Positions 40,601-54,200 of a stretch of 64,000 nucleotides of DNA are shown one piece after another. Position 1 is the first letter of the stretch; every line of letters starts with the position of its first letter. The notes under the pieces were generated by a model. That model had not been told where the DNA came from. It saw only the letters and a list, made by a program, of their open reading frames with translations, and made no database searches. The translations under genes and the position numbers were made by a program. Source of the DNA: Paraspadella gotoi (taxonomy: Eukaryota > Animalia > Chaetognatha); assembly GCA_051294375.1 (NCBI GenBank), contig CM119268.1:14591396-14655395 (forward strand), in the 5' to 3' direction.

Positions 40601-43600
40601 TAAATGGTCCGTAAGGTTTGCCGTGATCGGAGGGTCGTCGGGGAGTTACGGGATTAAAGGGTCGATAAGGTCCAAAAGAGGTCGGGGGCCGAATGGGCGG
40701 GCGAAAGGGGCCGAGCGGGTTAAAGTTGGGATCACGAGACGTATTGGGATCAGAATCGGGTATCAGGGGCAGAGAAAATCGGGGACGGGGATCGGGGAAA
40801 CGTCGTGATCCAGAGCGACGGGGATTCCCAGCGGATGAACCGTCGGGTAAGGCGTCGGGAGAGACGGCGTGGCGGTCGTCGGGTAAGGCATTGCGATCGA
40901 GCACGCCGGTGGGAGGAAAGAAAGAATTAGAGGGTGAGGCGCAGGAAAGGAGACAAATCATGGGCAGGAGAGCGCCGCCAGGTGGAGGCGGCGGCGCCGG
41001 GACGCACGCCGGTGATCGCGATCCAGGAGGGCAGGGCACTGGACCGAACGGCGAGGGGCATGCCCAGGGAGGCGCCCCTGCCATGCAAGGCGGCGGTGGA
41101 GGCGCCAGAGGACAGAATCGTTGGCACGACATTGTTAAAAATTTTAAAAAATAGGCAATGGGTGCGGATAATGTTACTTTACTACATGATAGAAAAATAT
41201 AAAAGGTTTGAAGTTTAAAATTTTCAGAAAATTTGAAAAAAAAAAAACCCCCACCGACGAATATTTTATCACGAGTCGGAAAAAAAAATTAATTTTTTTT
41301 TTTGCTTTCTAAGTCCGCGAAAGATTTTCTGCCCAGAATTTCGGCGTTTCCCTTAAACCCGACGAAAGCTTTAGTTTTATATATTTTTTTTTAAACGAAA
41401 ACAATTTTTTCCCATTTTTTTTTTCAAAAAAAAAACAAAACTTCGTTTCGTTTATAAGTCGTCGATACCGTGTTTGTCAAAAAAAAGTAACTAAAAAACA
41501 AAGTTGGAACAAGATGCTATGTATTCGAATTGGTTGGTTAGAAAACAAAGCACAGAGTTGGAACAAAACGCAGTCTACGAACTAATTTTGTTGTTGTTGT
41601 TGTTGTTGTTGTCAAAAGTCATGTGAGCAATGTTGGCAAAAAAATTACTATTTAAAAGGTTTAGCTATGATGTTTATCATTCCCAATGCCGTAACATTTT
41701 GATTAAATGTGCGAGATTATTCGAGTTGTACTTTGGTGAAAGTTAGACGATAAAATCTTAGAGCGAATTGGTTAAAATTGTTTTGCCCCCCTTATGTCAT
41801 AACTAAAAGTAAAACCGTTTCTTCCTTTCATGCTGCTTTAACACACACTCTCTCTCTCCCTCTCTCTTTAACTCTCAACATCTGCTCCACGTCAAAACAA
41901 GGAAAGTACAGATGAGTGAAGTCACTGAACGGTTGAACGGGATGACGAATGACGCCGCCAAACAACTGACTGTACATAAATGACGAAACTTAACAGGTGA
42001 ACAGTAAGTTACAGCTGTAACTGTAACTCCACACATGCCTAACAGCCTCCAAAATTAACAATCCCTACTAAGGGAAAATTGGATTGATAACCTTAACGCC
42101 AGAACTGAGCGCGGTAAAGATTTAGGCCCTAAATTCTCACCAACTCACTGATAAGGTCGGAATTTTTCTTTCTTTTTTTTTCTTTTTAATAAGAAACAAA
42201 CTTTTTTCAACTCCCAGGAAACTGAAGAAGTGTGAGAGTGGAAGGGGCAATCCGAGTTTAGAAAAGGAACATAACAAGAATATAATAAATAGATGTTCTT
42301 ATTTTAATAACCAAAATTTATTCTTCGTATACTATTTCAATAATTTTTAAACGTCTACCAACGTACTTAACCACTGTACTGTGGATAAAAATATTTACTA
42401 TGTGCGACTGAGCAAAACATTTTTTTCCCACTTGAGGTTAGAAATTAGTCCAGTTTTTAAGCTGAAACTGAATTGCTTTAGTGTATCATGAAGCCATTTC
42501 AGTTTGTTGTTAATTTTTATTATAATTATCATTACTATTATTGTTGTTATAAACACTATTTATAAAATGAATTTAACTATAAGTCGAACTCGACGTGAGG
42601 AAGCTCGGACAATTACCCTATAAATCTCACACTTACATATTCGATCGGACACTGCGGACAGCACGCACCCGCCGACCAAACTGGCCGCGGACACGGGACG
42701 GGCTCGCACTGTACCCTTTCGCACAGCACGTAGCCCCGCCTACACTTGCACACAGCGCAAGTCTCCTCAAAGAAGATCTCCTCGCCGTCTTCCAAGATCG
42801 AGTCGCCGTCTAGCGGACAGTTGTGATCGGCGCTTCGATCCCGTTGTTCTTTTGTCTTTTTTTTTTTTTTAATCGATTTTTTAAAAAAAAGGGGGAAAAA
42901 GAGAGAGTCGAAGTGGTCATGAGAAACACGCCTCCTGGGAGGATAAGAAAAAAATACCCGGGATCTTCGACTTGAACTCGAAAAGATTTCCCCCCCCCCA
43001 CTGGGTAAAATTTTTAAAGGAAGGGGAACGAGGGAGGGGTGTTGGAGCACGGGGTTATTGTTTCGAGAAATAACAGTAATTTTTTTTTTTTTTTTAAAGA
43101 AAAAAATTGTTGTTTCTCAAATTTTAAATTACGAACATGCCTTTAAAACCTGCCGCGGGTCTGGAAAAGTTATTATAAACGTCGAGGTCTAAAATCTATA
43201 AAAATACAGAAAAAAATTTGGGAAAAACGAAAAGAAAATTTGGGTTAAGCTTATCATATACTACAAATTGGTTTTCTTTTTCGTCTCGACCAGATTTTTC
43301 TGTACACTCATTTCACCATCTAGAATGCAAAATACTTACGGCCTTGCAAGGACAAGACCGACTTTAATTGACGGACTATGTAAATGGCAACCAAAGACGT
43401 TAACGTCGGTCCTACCAACGACGTACAAAAACCGACTTACGTTGTCCGGCGCCTCCGTCACCTCGTCGATCGGGCAGACCGGACAGCACTTTCCTTCGGG
43501 AAAGATCGGGATGAGGCAGTTGGGCTGTTTGCATTGCTCCTTCTCGCAATCGATGCGACCCTGCCGACACTTGCACGTCTCGCAAACGTCGACGGAGAAC

Positions 43601-43849
43601 TCCTCTCCGTCACTGTAGTAATCTCCGCGGGCCGTCTTGCAACCACTCCCAATCTTTTGTTCGTTTTTAAATTGGTTGTATTGTTTTAATGACGGACGTA
43701 AAGAGGAGTACAGTAACAAGTTCCGTGGTGCGCAGAGCGGGGTGCGGATAAAACGGTGCGAAATTTGTACCGGTTTTTTATAGTTTTTTTTTTAAGGCGA
43801 GGTGAGGGGAAAGGGGTGATAATGTGGCGAGGCGTGTGTGCAAAGCAGA

Positions 43850-43897
<48 letters not shown>

Positions 43898-45143
43898 GAG
43901 CGTGATTCCATGATTAGCGGCGAGGGATAGTGGGCGCCCCAAGGCGCAAAAAGGGGGAAGAGTAAACGAAATTTTCGAATAAGCAACAATGAAGACTCAT
44001 TGTACTCAAAATCGATGCCATATTCAAAAGCGAGGCGGGGGAAGTCCGATAATTTCTAGAATATTTATTTTACCCAGTAAAATGTGCGAAATCTTTCGAA
44101 GTTCTAAAATAAAAACGACCAGATGGCAAAAAAAAAGAAATAATCATGCGGCTTAGAAGTAACTTTTCTCGCTTTTGATAGCAACGCTCCATTTGAGTGA
44201 TTTCAACACGTCACAAAAAAAGCCGACGTCAAACTTCGTTACCTGACGTCCAGGCCGACGATCCCCAGGTCTCTGCCGCTGTCTCTGTCTCTCTCTCTGG
44301 CGCCGCAAAATGTCCCGGAAGGACGTCTGGGCGCCGCACCAATCCACCGCTAAAATCAACGCCAGCGCCACCAACAAGCAGCGCATTAACGAACCTCGCA
44401 TTTCTTTTTTTTGGGTTAAAAACCATACGGCGTCTCGTCACTCGATGATATGACAAAATTAAGAAGGAAAATTAATATTGTTTCCTCCGTCGCGTGCGCC
44501 ATCTTAAATTCAATTAACCTTTCTCGCTGAAAAACAAAAGATCTGAAAAATAAAATCCGTTCAAAATGAAATAAAAACACGATTTTGGAGAAAAAAAGAA
44601 AAAAAAAAAANNNNNNNNNNNNNNNNNNNNNNNNNNNNNNNNNNNNNNNNNNNNNNNNNNNNNNNNNNNNNNNNNNNNNNNNNNNNNNNNNNNNNNNNNN
44701 NNNNNNNNNNNNNNNNNNNNNNNNNNNNNNNNNNNNNNNNNNNNNNNNNNNNNNNNNNNNNNNNNNNNNNNNNNNNNNNNNNNNNNNNNNNNNNNNNNNN
44801 NNNNNNNNNNNNNNNNNNNNNNNNNNNNNNNNNNNNNNNNNNTTTTTTTTTTTTTTTAAATTTTAAAAGTTTAATCAGAGTCACGAAAAATATGAAAAAA
44901 TCTAGAGCAGATTCGTTGATGAAAGATTTTTCTTTGCCGATGATGATCATCATCATCATCATTTGTTCGCCAAAGCGCCTCTCTCTCCGCCCTTCTTGAA
45001 GGCAACGTTGCTGGGCGTAGTCAGAGTCTCTCTCTCTCTCGAGCTCTCTCTCTCTTTCAAAATTCAGCGCCCACAACGATAACGACTTCGAGTAACGACG
45101 TTTGACTATCGAAGGGCAGCCCAAGCTTTTCAAATATTTACAA

Positions 45144-45205
<62 letters not shown>

Positions 45206-48200
45206 GCCATGGGAAACCGAATTGGAATATATACAACTCAGAACACCAGAATCATAGAAATGAAAAAGAATCAACTCGATTTCTAACTCAGTCGATGTGA
45301 TTTTTTTTTTCTTCATCAGAATTCGGACGGATTGATAGAAAGATGGATTTACGAATAACAACTTTCCGAGGTTCTCGCGAGATAAAAAAATCCACTTGGT
45401 GATGAAGTTGAACGAATAAACCAAAGGAGATCGCACGCAAACGAATTTAAAAGTTTAATCAGAGTCACGAAAAAATATGAAAAAATCTAGAGCAGATTCG
45501 TTGATGAAAGATTTTTCTTTGCCGATGATGATCATCATCATCATCATTTGTTCGCCAAAGCGCCTTTCTCTCGCCCTTCTTGAAGCAACGTTGCTGGGCG
45601 TAGTCAGAGTCTCTCTCTCTCCTCGACCTCTCTTCGCTCTCTCTCTCTTTTCAAAATTTCAGCGCCACAACGATAAACGACTTCGAGTAACCGACGTTGA
45701 CTATCGAAGGGCAGCCCAAGCTTTTCAAAATTTACAATATCTCTCTCTCTCTTCTCTCTCTCTCTCTCCTCTCTCTTTCTCTCTCTCTCTCTAGCCATGG
45801 GAAACCGAATTGATAATATACAACTCAGAACACCAGAATCATAGAATGAAAAAGAATCAACTCGATTTCTAACTCAGTCGATGTGATTTTTTTTTTCTTC
45901 ATCAGAATTCGGACGGATTGATAGAAAGATGGATTTACGAATAACAACTTTCCGAGTTTCTCGCGAGATAAAAAAATCCACTTGGTGATGAAGTTGAACG
46001 AATAAACCAAAGGAGATCGCACGCAAACGAAGCCGGCGATGCCAAGGTCGAATATTTTCCCCGGACGTCGAAGGCCTCCATCTGGACGCCGATCGAGTCT
46101 TTCGAATCTGAGAGATTCCCACCGACGAAATGGATCGTCGAAAACGGCGCTCTTCCCCACATTTCGAACGCAATCGGGAGAGAAAACTGAGAGCCCATTA
46201 CCTTTTGGTAACTTTTACGTTCGCGCCGGAGACAGGTGTAGTTTTTTTTTTATAGATTTTTTTCTTTCTTTTTTTAAAAAAACGAGGCATAACAAATGAT
46301 AACAACAATGCCAGGAAAGGGGATATTTTTAGCATCGACAAAAAACATGCATATATATATATATATTCGGACTTTTCGCCGCAAGAATAGGAAAAAAAAA
46401 ATCGAGAATCCGGGGAAAGCAGCGGGGCCAAAGGAGAAAAAGAGTCAAAATCGCCAAGGAGGAGGAGGAAGAGGAGGATGATGATAAGAATTGTGTTTTG
46501 AAAGAGGGGGGCGTGGGGGGGGGTGTAGGAAGGCGGAAGAAGTACCCCTAGAGAAACAGAGTCAACAGAATCGAGGTAATTAAGAACGGCGATTTTCACC
46601 GAGGGGGGCGTGCGTGCTCGCAGAGGCGTGAAAGTTGGGGGAGAGGATTAAAATATGGCGGGGGCGTTGCTGAAAGTAGTGTGGTCGGAGGGCTCGCGAA
46701 ATGTGTAGTCAGGTATTGCACCGACTCGCAAAGAATATAGTGAGTTAATGGTGGGACGCTTTCAAGGCGCCGAGTGTTTCTTGAGAGCCGGGAAGCGAAG
46801 AGGGCAGGATGGAAAATTAAGTATAACTAAGTATAACTTTATACTAGAAGCTCTTGTAATCGGGTATGTCGTTTGGCAACTGTTTAATCGAAACGAGTTT
46901 TTAAATCGAAATCGAAACAGAAAATGGTCATGATCTACAGGCAATCCTATTTGTCTCATTATCCTTTAACTGGTCTCCAGTTTCTATGCAGTTTTTGACG
47001 CCATTTTCGCTTAATTTTTTCTTCCTGTCATTCTCACGTATCCCCTTCAAACGTTACGATTTCAGTGTTAATTCCAGTTGNNNNNNNNNNNNNNNNNNNN
47101 NNNNNGTAATAGTTTAAACATTGGATGGTTTCCTCTTCAGATTTGTCCTTGTCACCTTTTTCGTCTGTCATCGTTTCGTCTCCAACATCGAAGCTCTAAA
47201 AATAAACACTTCGCTGAAGTGGGCGACGGCTTCGTCCAACAGAAAACGAAACTAAAGAAGACTATGTCGCGGCCGAAAAAAAAATATTCAACCTCATATA
47301 ATGAATAAATGGATAACTTGGTATAACCAATATAACAATTATTCATTCATTTAATATTAATAAATAAGCTATCTTGTCCCTGACTATGGACAGTCTTTGT
47401 GATTTAAGGCCTCCATCACTCTTACAAGATAATGACATGGCAGTTCCCTGCAAGCTTTCAATCAAGACTCTCTCACAGTCTCGTTTATACACTCCCAGAG
47501 TACCAGGCTTCCACATCAATGAAGTGGCAAATATTATGTATATTAGCAATACCAATTTCATCAAATTCGGTTCTTTGTATTTTGATGTTAGTGCGGAGTA
47601 CAATATAGTATTCCCCGATATAATACTTAAGGGATTGGTCCTTTTAAACAATTGAAACATTCTTTGAAATATTAAACCACTTCATTGATAGAAAAGCCAG
47701 ATACTACTCAGGCAGTGAATAAATGTGACAGAGAGAGTCTTGACTGAAAGTTTGTAGGGACATGGTATATCATCTTTATAATATCTTTTAATAGAGATGG
47801 AGGCTCAAACCACCAAATTTTATTGAATAAACGGATAACTTTACGTATATAGGTAGTAGCAATTTCATAAATTTTAATATTTTTTTAAAACCTTTATAAC
47901 TAAGTATACATACCTAGTCTTAATATTAGAATAAAAAATAAAAACATAACTTTAAATAACTATTAAAGTAAAGACTACATTCATACAGAACAGCCGCGAC
48001 CAAAAAACAAAGCTTATCACAGTCTAAAAACTATTTTTTGTGACCGAATGAGCGTCGACGGGTGAAAGGGAAGGAAGCAGCGTGACGTCAGCGCTGAACT
48101 AATATTTTTTGTTTGTGTTTTTTTGCGGTTACGAGGCTCAAAAAGGTTTTTAATATTACATGTTCACATATTCATTATTCAGTTCGTGTATACCAAGCGA

Positions 48201-51200
48201 ATAAAATTTCCTCTTCTTCTGGTCATACATACTTGCCAGAGAAAACAAAGTTGGGAAACATCACAGAAAATAAACATACATTTTTCAAACAAGCTAAAGG
48301 TTTTTTTTTTAAATTAAACTCTTTTTCCATATTCTTCGGTGTAGACAATGTTTTTATTAAATACGAAGATGATAAAAGGAGGCCGAGTCTCGAAGAAGCG
48401 AGCCGCCCTCTGGAGATCAGCCAGGCACGTCTCTAGCGTCCCCTCCACCAGACCTCTGGCCTCCAAGCCACCCCTGAGGGCCACCCCGTCCACGAAAACA
48501 GGGTTAACGGCGAGAAGATAACGATGAGGACCAGGAAATAATTAAAATTCCTAAACGATACGAGCTTTCTTCTAGTCAGAAAAATACATTCGCTGTTATT
48601 CATACCAACTTAAATCATTCAAAAACAATTTCGGATCTGACGCGATAACTCTGTTTAAAAAAAAAAAAAAAAACTTTCGGATTGATTATCTGACCTATTC
48701 GTTTAGCTTTGTTAAAAATTCCACAAAAAAGGGAAAAGTTTTAAAAAAATAAATTTTTAATGATATTTAAATGTTCCAGGCCTTGTACGCTGAACACGTT
48801 TCATGGCCTGGTGATTTCTATCCTGGGATAAAAAAAGAACAGTAGGCTCAACAGAAAAAAGATATATTGGTTTCCTGATAAAAAATATACTTTCCCCAGG
48901 AGTTTTTTCCCCGAATGTTAAAAACGACGATGAAAAATACACAGGCAGTGATTTAACCAAATGAGTTTTATCACGATCTAAATCAATCATTTTTTTTTTA
49001 TCCTCATAATTTAAAAAAAAATACATTACTCGACTTTAAGTAGGGAAATGATTAGACTTCACTCCACGATAGAACAGTATCATGAGAAAACTCCGCGAAA
49101 TCGGAGAAATCGTTATCCCAACCTCTCAAATTCTAGCTCCATCTCAAATTCACAACAAGCGAGATAAAAATCCTTTTTCCACCAGGGAACTAAGATCTAG
49201 TCTTCGATTCGAAATCTTTTAAATTCTCTCTGTGATTCTTTGTCTCTCGCGAGCTCGCGTTTCTCCTCTTTCTTCTCACGCCACCAAAGGCTTTCCCCTT
49301 GACGAAAGACTCCCTCTCTCTCTTTTCTTCTCTCTCACACAAAATCCCTTTTCAGTCTTTGGGTATTGCAGAGTCGAAAGGCCGACCGATGATATCTCTC
49401 ACCCACTCGCACAAAGAGCCTCTTTATGGTTTTTCTCTTCTGAGATGGGAGAAAAGCTAGGAGAAAAAAGCAAGGAGAGAAACTAAAAGTAAAAGAAAAT
49501 CAAATCTAATAGATGCTTTATTAAATCTGAATCTTTCAAAGTGGCTCAAATTTAAATAAAGCTAGAAATGAAAAACTCAAACCTTTGTCAGAAAGAGTCA
49601 GTAAATTATTCAATATAATAATAAATTATAAACTTTGTAGGTGATTAGATGTAAAGTGATAAACATAAGTTAAAAATTAAGTGATGAAAGCTTCACGTAA
49701 ATCTTTTCTGGAGTTCGTTCGTTCGTGTTCTTTCTCTCTCTCTCTCTCTCTCTCTCTCCCCGCTCATTCGCACCTGGAACTGTTTTTGGCTTCGGAACCA
49801 AGGCCGACCCACAAGGAAAAGGAGGGTTGGTGTACTAGGGCAGTGGGGTTTTAGCCATTAAGCAAAAGATTCTCTCGCTCTCTTCAACGCTCACCTCGGC
49901 GGGTTTTGTATACTTTCGTGTAAACAGTGAACAAACAAGGAATAAACAATGAATGAACAATGAATAAACGATGAATAAACAATGGAGTCCGATATCAAGG
50001 ATCATCGTGATCCGGTCGTCGCACAAATCTTTAACGAGGCGAAAAAATTTCCCATTAACTAGACAACCAATCAATCTTTTAATATTTAGGAACATCTTTG
50101 ACAGAAAAATTCTGCCGATTTTTCTTTCAATTTAATCATTAAAAAAGCCACGGGAAAAAAAAGAAAATCAATATTTATGATTCAAATCTCCTTTTACCTC
50201 GCTGAAAGCAGAAAAGCGGGTTTTCCGTGACGACGGTTAAAAAGCTTTAAAATTCGGATCAATCCTTTTTTGAAAAAAAGGGAAAATCAAAAAGTCTCGA
50301 AAAACCGGGAAAAAGTCTAGCGATTCTCGAAGAGAAGAAGGAACCTGGCAAAAAAGAAGGAAGGAGTGGGGGAAATATGATAAGAAAAAGCGGAGATAGA
50401 AAAGCGAAAAGGAGGAAGAAATGAATAAAAAAAGTGGAAGGAAGAAACCTACAAGAACCGAAAATACCCCCCCCATCATCAAAACGGCAAGACAAAGAAA
50501 GAGCGATAGACAAAGATACTGCCCCCCCCCCTTTTCCGTTAACGGCTCATCATAAAATCGTTAAGAGTCGAAACGAGGACCCACGGGGAAGCGAACATCT
50601 ACGAAGGGAGGAGAAATGTGGTCACATTGTGGTCAAAGTCGAGGGTGGCCGTCGAAAGATCGAACGCGGGCAGTAAAAATCAAAGGGGGGGTCGGGGCAG
50701 GAGAATGGTCTGTTGTGAATGAATGAGATGAGGAATTTGATTGATCATTATCAAAAATCATGTTTTATTATCATATTATATTTAATATATTAAATATTGC
50801 TTCTGCTCCCTACAATCCCGTAGGAGAGTTAGGGACTGAAGAAAAACTAGGATCTTCGCGGCTTGACCTTTTTAGCGTGCTAGATCGGCGACGGAAAAAG
50901 GCCGTAAATGAACAAGATTTTTGACCTTTCGTCCTCTTGAGACGATTCGGGGCTAGCGGCGGAAATGGCGCTCTTGATCTCATCCTTTTCTAACCTGGTC
51001 GACCTACATAGCCTCATCACTCCCTTAAAAATGAAAGGGGCTGGTCCGCTTGGTCATTGGTCAACGTCGGACAACTTGGTAGTAAGGCGTAGTGAAAGTT
51101 GCAGATCAAAATTCGAATAGTTAATCATGAACAGTCTTGGACTAAAGAACATTGATATACAAAAATTTTTTAACATTTTTTTTAAATTTTCGCATACGCC

Positions 51201-54200
51201 TATATTTATACATAGTACTTACCATAGAAAATGTTAAAATTTTAAAATAATGTTTTCTAAGTTTTGAAAGCAGATTCGAATTCCTCATTTAAAGTTGATA
51301 AAAGAAAATATAAGTCTTAATCAAAAATTCTTACATTAAGTCAGCCAAAAATTAAAAAAACTATATTTTTTATACTAAAATTTTATTATAGGTTAATAAT
51401 AATAGTTTTTTAGGATTTTGATCCACTTAATGAAATAATTTTCTGAAAAAAGTTATATTTCCTTTTCGTGAGGAATTCGAATCTGCTTTTAAAAATAAGA
51501 AAAAAAAAATTACAATTTTCACATTTTTTATAGCGAGTACTATGTATAAATATAAGTATGCAAAAATTGAAAAATAAAAATTAATTTTATTTATTTAAAA
51601 ATGTTCACAGGTACAAGCTTGTTCATGTTCTACTATTCGAATTTTGATTCTCCTTGATTTTAATATTTTTGCTACGCTTTACTGGGTAGCTAATAGCTAC
51701 TAGCTATGGTACAACATCCGCGGCAGTCGACGATTGATTTAATAGCTATTCAAAGCAAAAATTGATGATCAAAATCAATGGCCGGGGAAAAAAAATCGAT
51801 TTTCACGGTTTTTGATCGATCGCCCCTCGGGCGGGCGGAAATCGTAAAGACTCGAGTTGAAAACTGAGAGGTCAAATTGAATCGCGGGCCAAGCCAAACG
51901 GACGTTCTTCTATAAAAGACCCGAAAGTTTGTTTTGTCAAGGAAGTCGTCCGAGTGTTTTCTTGTTTGAGGGAAAAACATTATGTACAACGATGACGGGG
52001 ACGATGAGGAAGACGATCATNNNNNNNNNNTTCTTACATTATATCAGCCAAAAATTTAAAAAACTATGTTTTTTATACTAAAATTTTATTATAGGTTAAT
52101 AATAATAATTTAGGATTTTGATCCACTTAATGAAATAATTTTCTAAAAAGAGTTATATTTCCTTTTATCAACTTTTCGTGAAGAATGCGAATCTGCTTTT
52201 AAAAATAAAAAAATATTTTAAAATTTTGACATATTTTATGGCGAGTACTATGTATAAATATGGACGTATGCAAAAATTGAANNNNNNNNNNAAAAAAAGC
52301 TAAGCGGCATAAAGGAAAACCTTGTCGGATATGCCGATTTTAACGAGTTCGTAATTTAAAGGGTTTTTTTTTTTTAGCCGACCCTTTATCAAGAAAAAAC
52401 GTCCGCCGAGGATTTTAATTGCAAATGGAAAGCGAAAGACGTCAGTCACCTACANNNNNNNNNNTTTTCTTCCGAAAAGAAAATTTCTCTCGATTTTCTT
52501 CGATGGCTTTTAACCTTTATTACAATAATAAACTGTTGATGATGGAGGCAACTGCCATTAATAGATTATTATTGGAGGAGAGAAAAAAGGAACGGCTCCC
52601 TCTTTTCTTTTATATTCTTATAATTCTCTCATATCATGAACGATTCTTTTTGAATTTCCTCGAGTTAAATGAACGTTTTATCATTTTAATTAAAAACTAA
52701 TAATTTGATGTTTTACTAAATCCTTTATGTTAGGCTACCGACGGATTTTAAAATAATAAATTATTTTTTCTATATGTAACAAAAAATAAACTTCTACATC
52801 ATGACGTCACCGGAAAAATGCAAAGATCATTGCGTGGATATTTGCCAAGAGGTAAGATTCGAGTAACACCCACTAGAGCAAGGCCAGTAGAATAGCTGAA
52901 AGATCATATATATAAACATTATATCAAAATATTTCCAACATTTGCAACCGGAAAATAAATTACAAGTAAACAACATCATAGGGAAAAAACCTAGGGAACA
53001 AATGATTAATATTCAATATTCCAATCGATGAAAATTTTCCTTTGAATATAGAGAAAAATCCTCGAAGCGAGCGAAAGACAAAAAGGGTACGCGAGATCCT
53101 TTCATCAACCTTTTTTTTTTTATTTCTCCACATCACGCAGAATCGCTTCGGTTGCGGAGACAATCACAGCAAAAACGTGCTGGAAGAGAAATGTGAGAAG
53201 GCTCATCAAATCAAGAATCATTGCCACGATTCAAATCACAAAACTGACCAATGTCGCTTCGTCGATCATTGCCACGCCCAAAGCCAATGCGACGATCGCG
53301 TCAAAGCGGAATGTCACGAATCCAATCACGTCCATGATATGTGTCACTTGCAGTCGCATTGTCAATCCACCACTCATCATGACAACACACATTGTCATCC
53401 CAAGGCTCACGCTCACGACCATTGTAAGACCAACGATCATTGCGTCAAAAAAGATCACTGTCACGCATCGAAACGCGGTGGAACGATCGGACACTGCAAG
53501 GCGGCCGACGCGGCGGGAAACGAGGGGATTTGCGTGACTCAAGAGAAAGAAGGTTAGTCAATAGACATCAGTTCACTAATCTGTTTGTTTTTTTTCCTTT
53601 GTCGTTTGCGTATAAACGGAAAATGATATACGCGTAAAATAATTAGGGTTTTTATACCAAATTTCCACGGGACTATTTATGTCAAAAATGTTTCGTAAAC
53701 ATGAGCATAGTACACTTAAGCATAGCACACTACTGCTTCTTCAGTAAGATAAGCTACGTCGTAGAGACGAAATTTTTAGTTAAGAAAGCAAATTTTGAGA
53801 TTTTCAGAGATAAAAAAAACAATTCTGAGTCGTATTCTCTCTCACTGCGCGTAAAAAACTCATTTGCATAACTAAAGAGACTGACTTTTAAGCGTGGGCA
53901 CCGGGGAGAGAGCAGAAGAGATCTAAAGCGTCATTTAATTTTTTTTAATTATATTTATGTGCTTTAATCGTAATTTGCTTCTTATTTTTTTTATTTTGAA
54001 ATCACTGTCATTTTTGCAGGTCATTGTCATCATGAACCCTGTTCCGATCACCGTTGATTTCCAACTTCAAGCCGGGAAAAGACGACAAAAGTACAACGGG
54101 AACATTTGATTTTCAAAAGATCTTTAGTTCGATGAAAGCGAAAAAATAAAGTTATTTTATGTAACAAAAAATACCCCGGTCATGATTTAAAATATGCTGA

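Noticed and set aside
52031-52281. Independent second foldback element
   Set aside because: Short contig between two N-gaps duplicating about 51329-51571; may be an alternative haplotype or assembly artefact.
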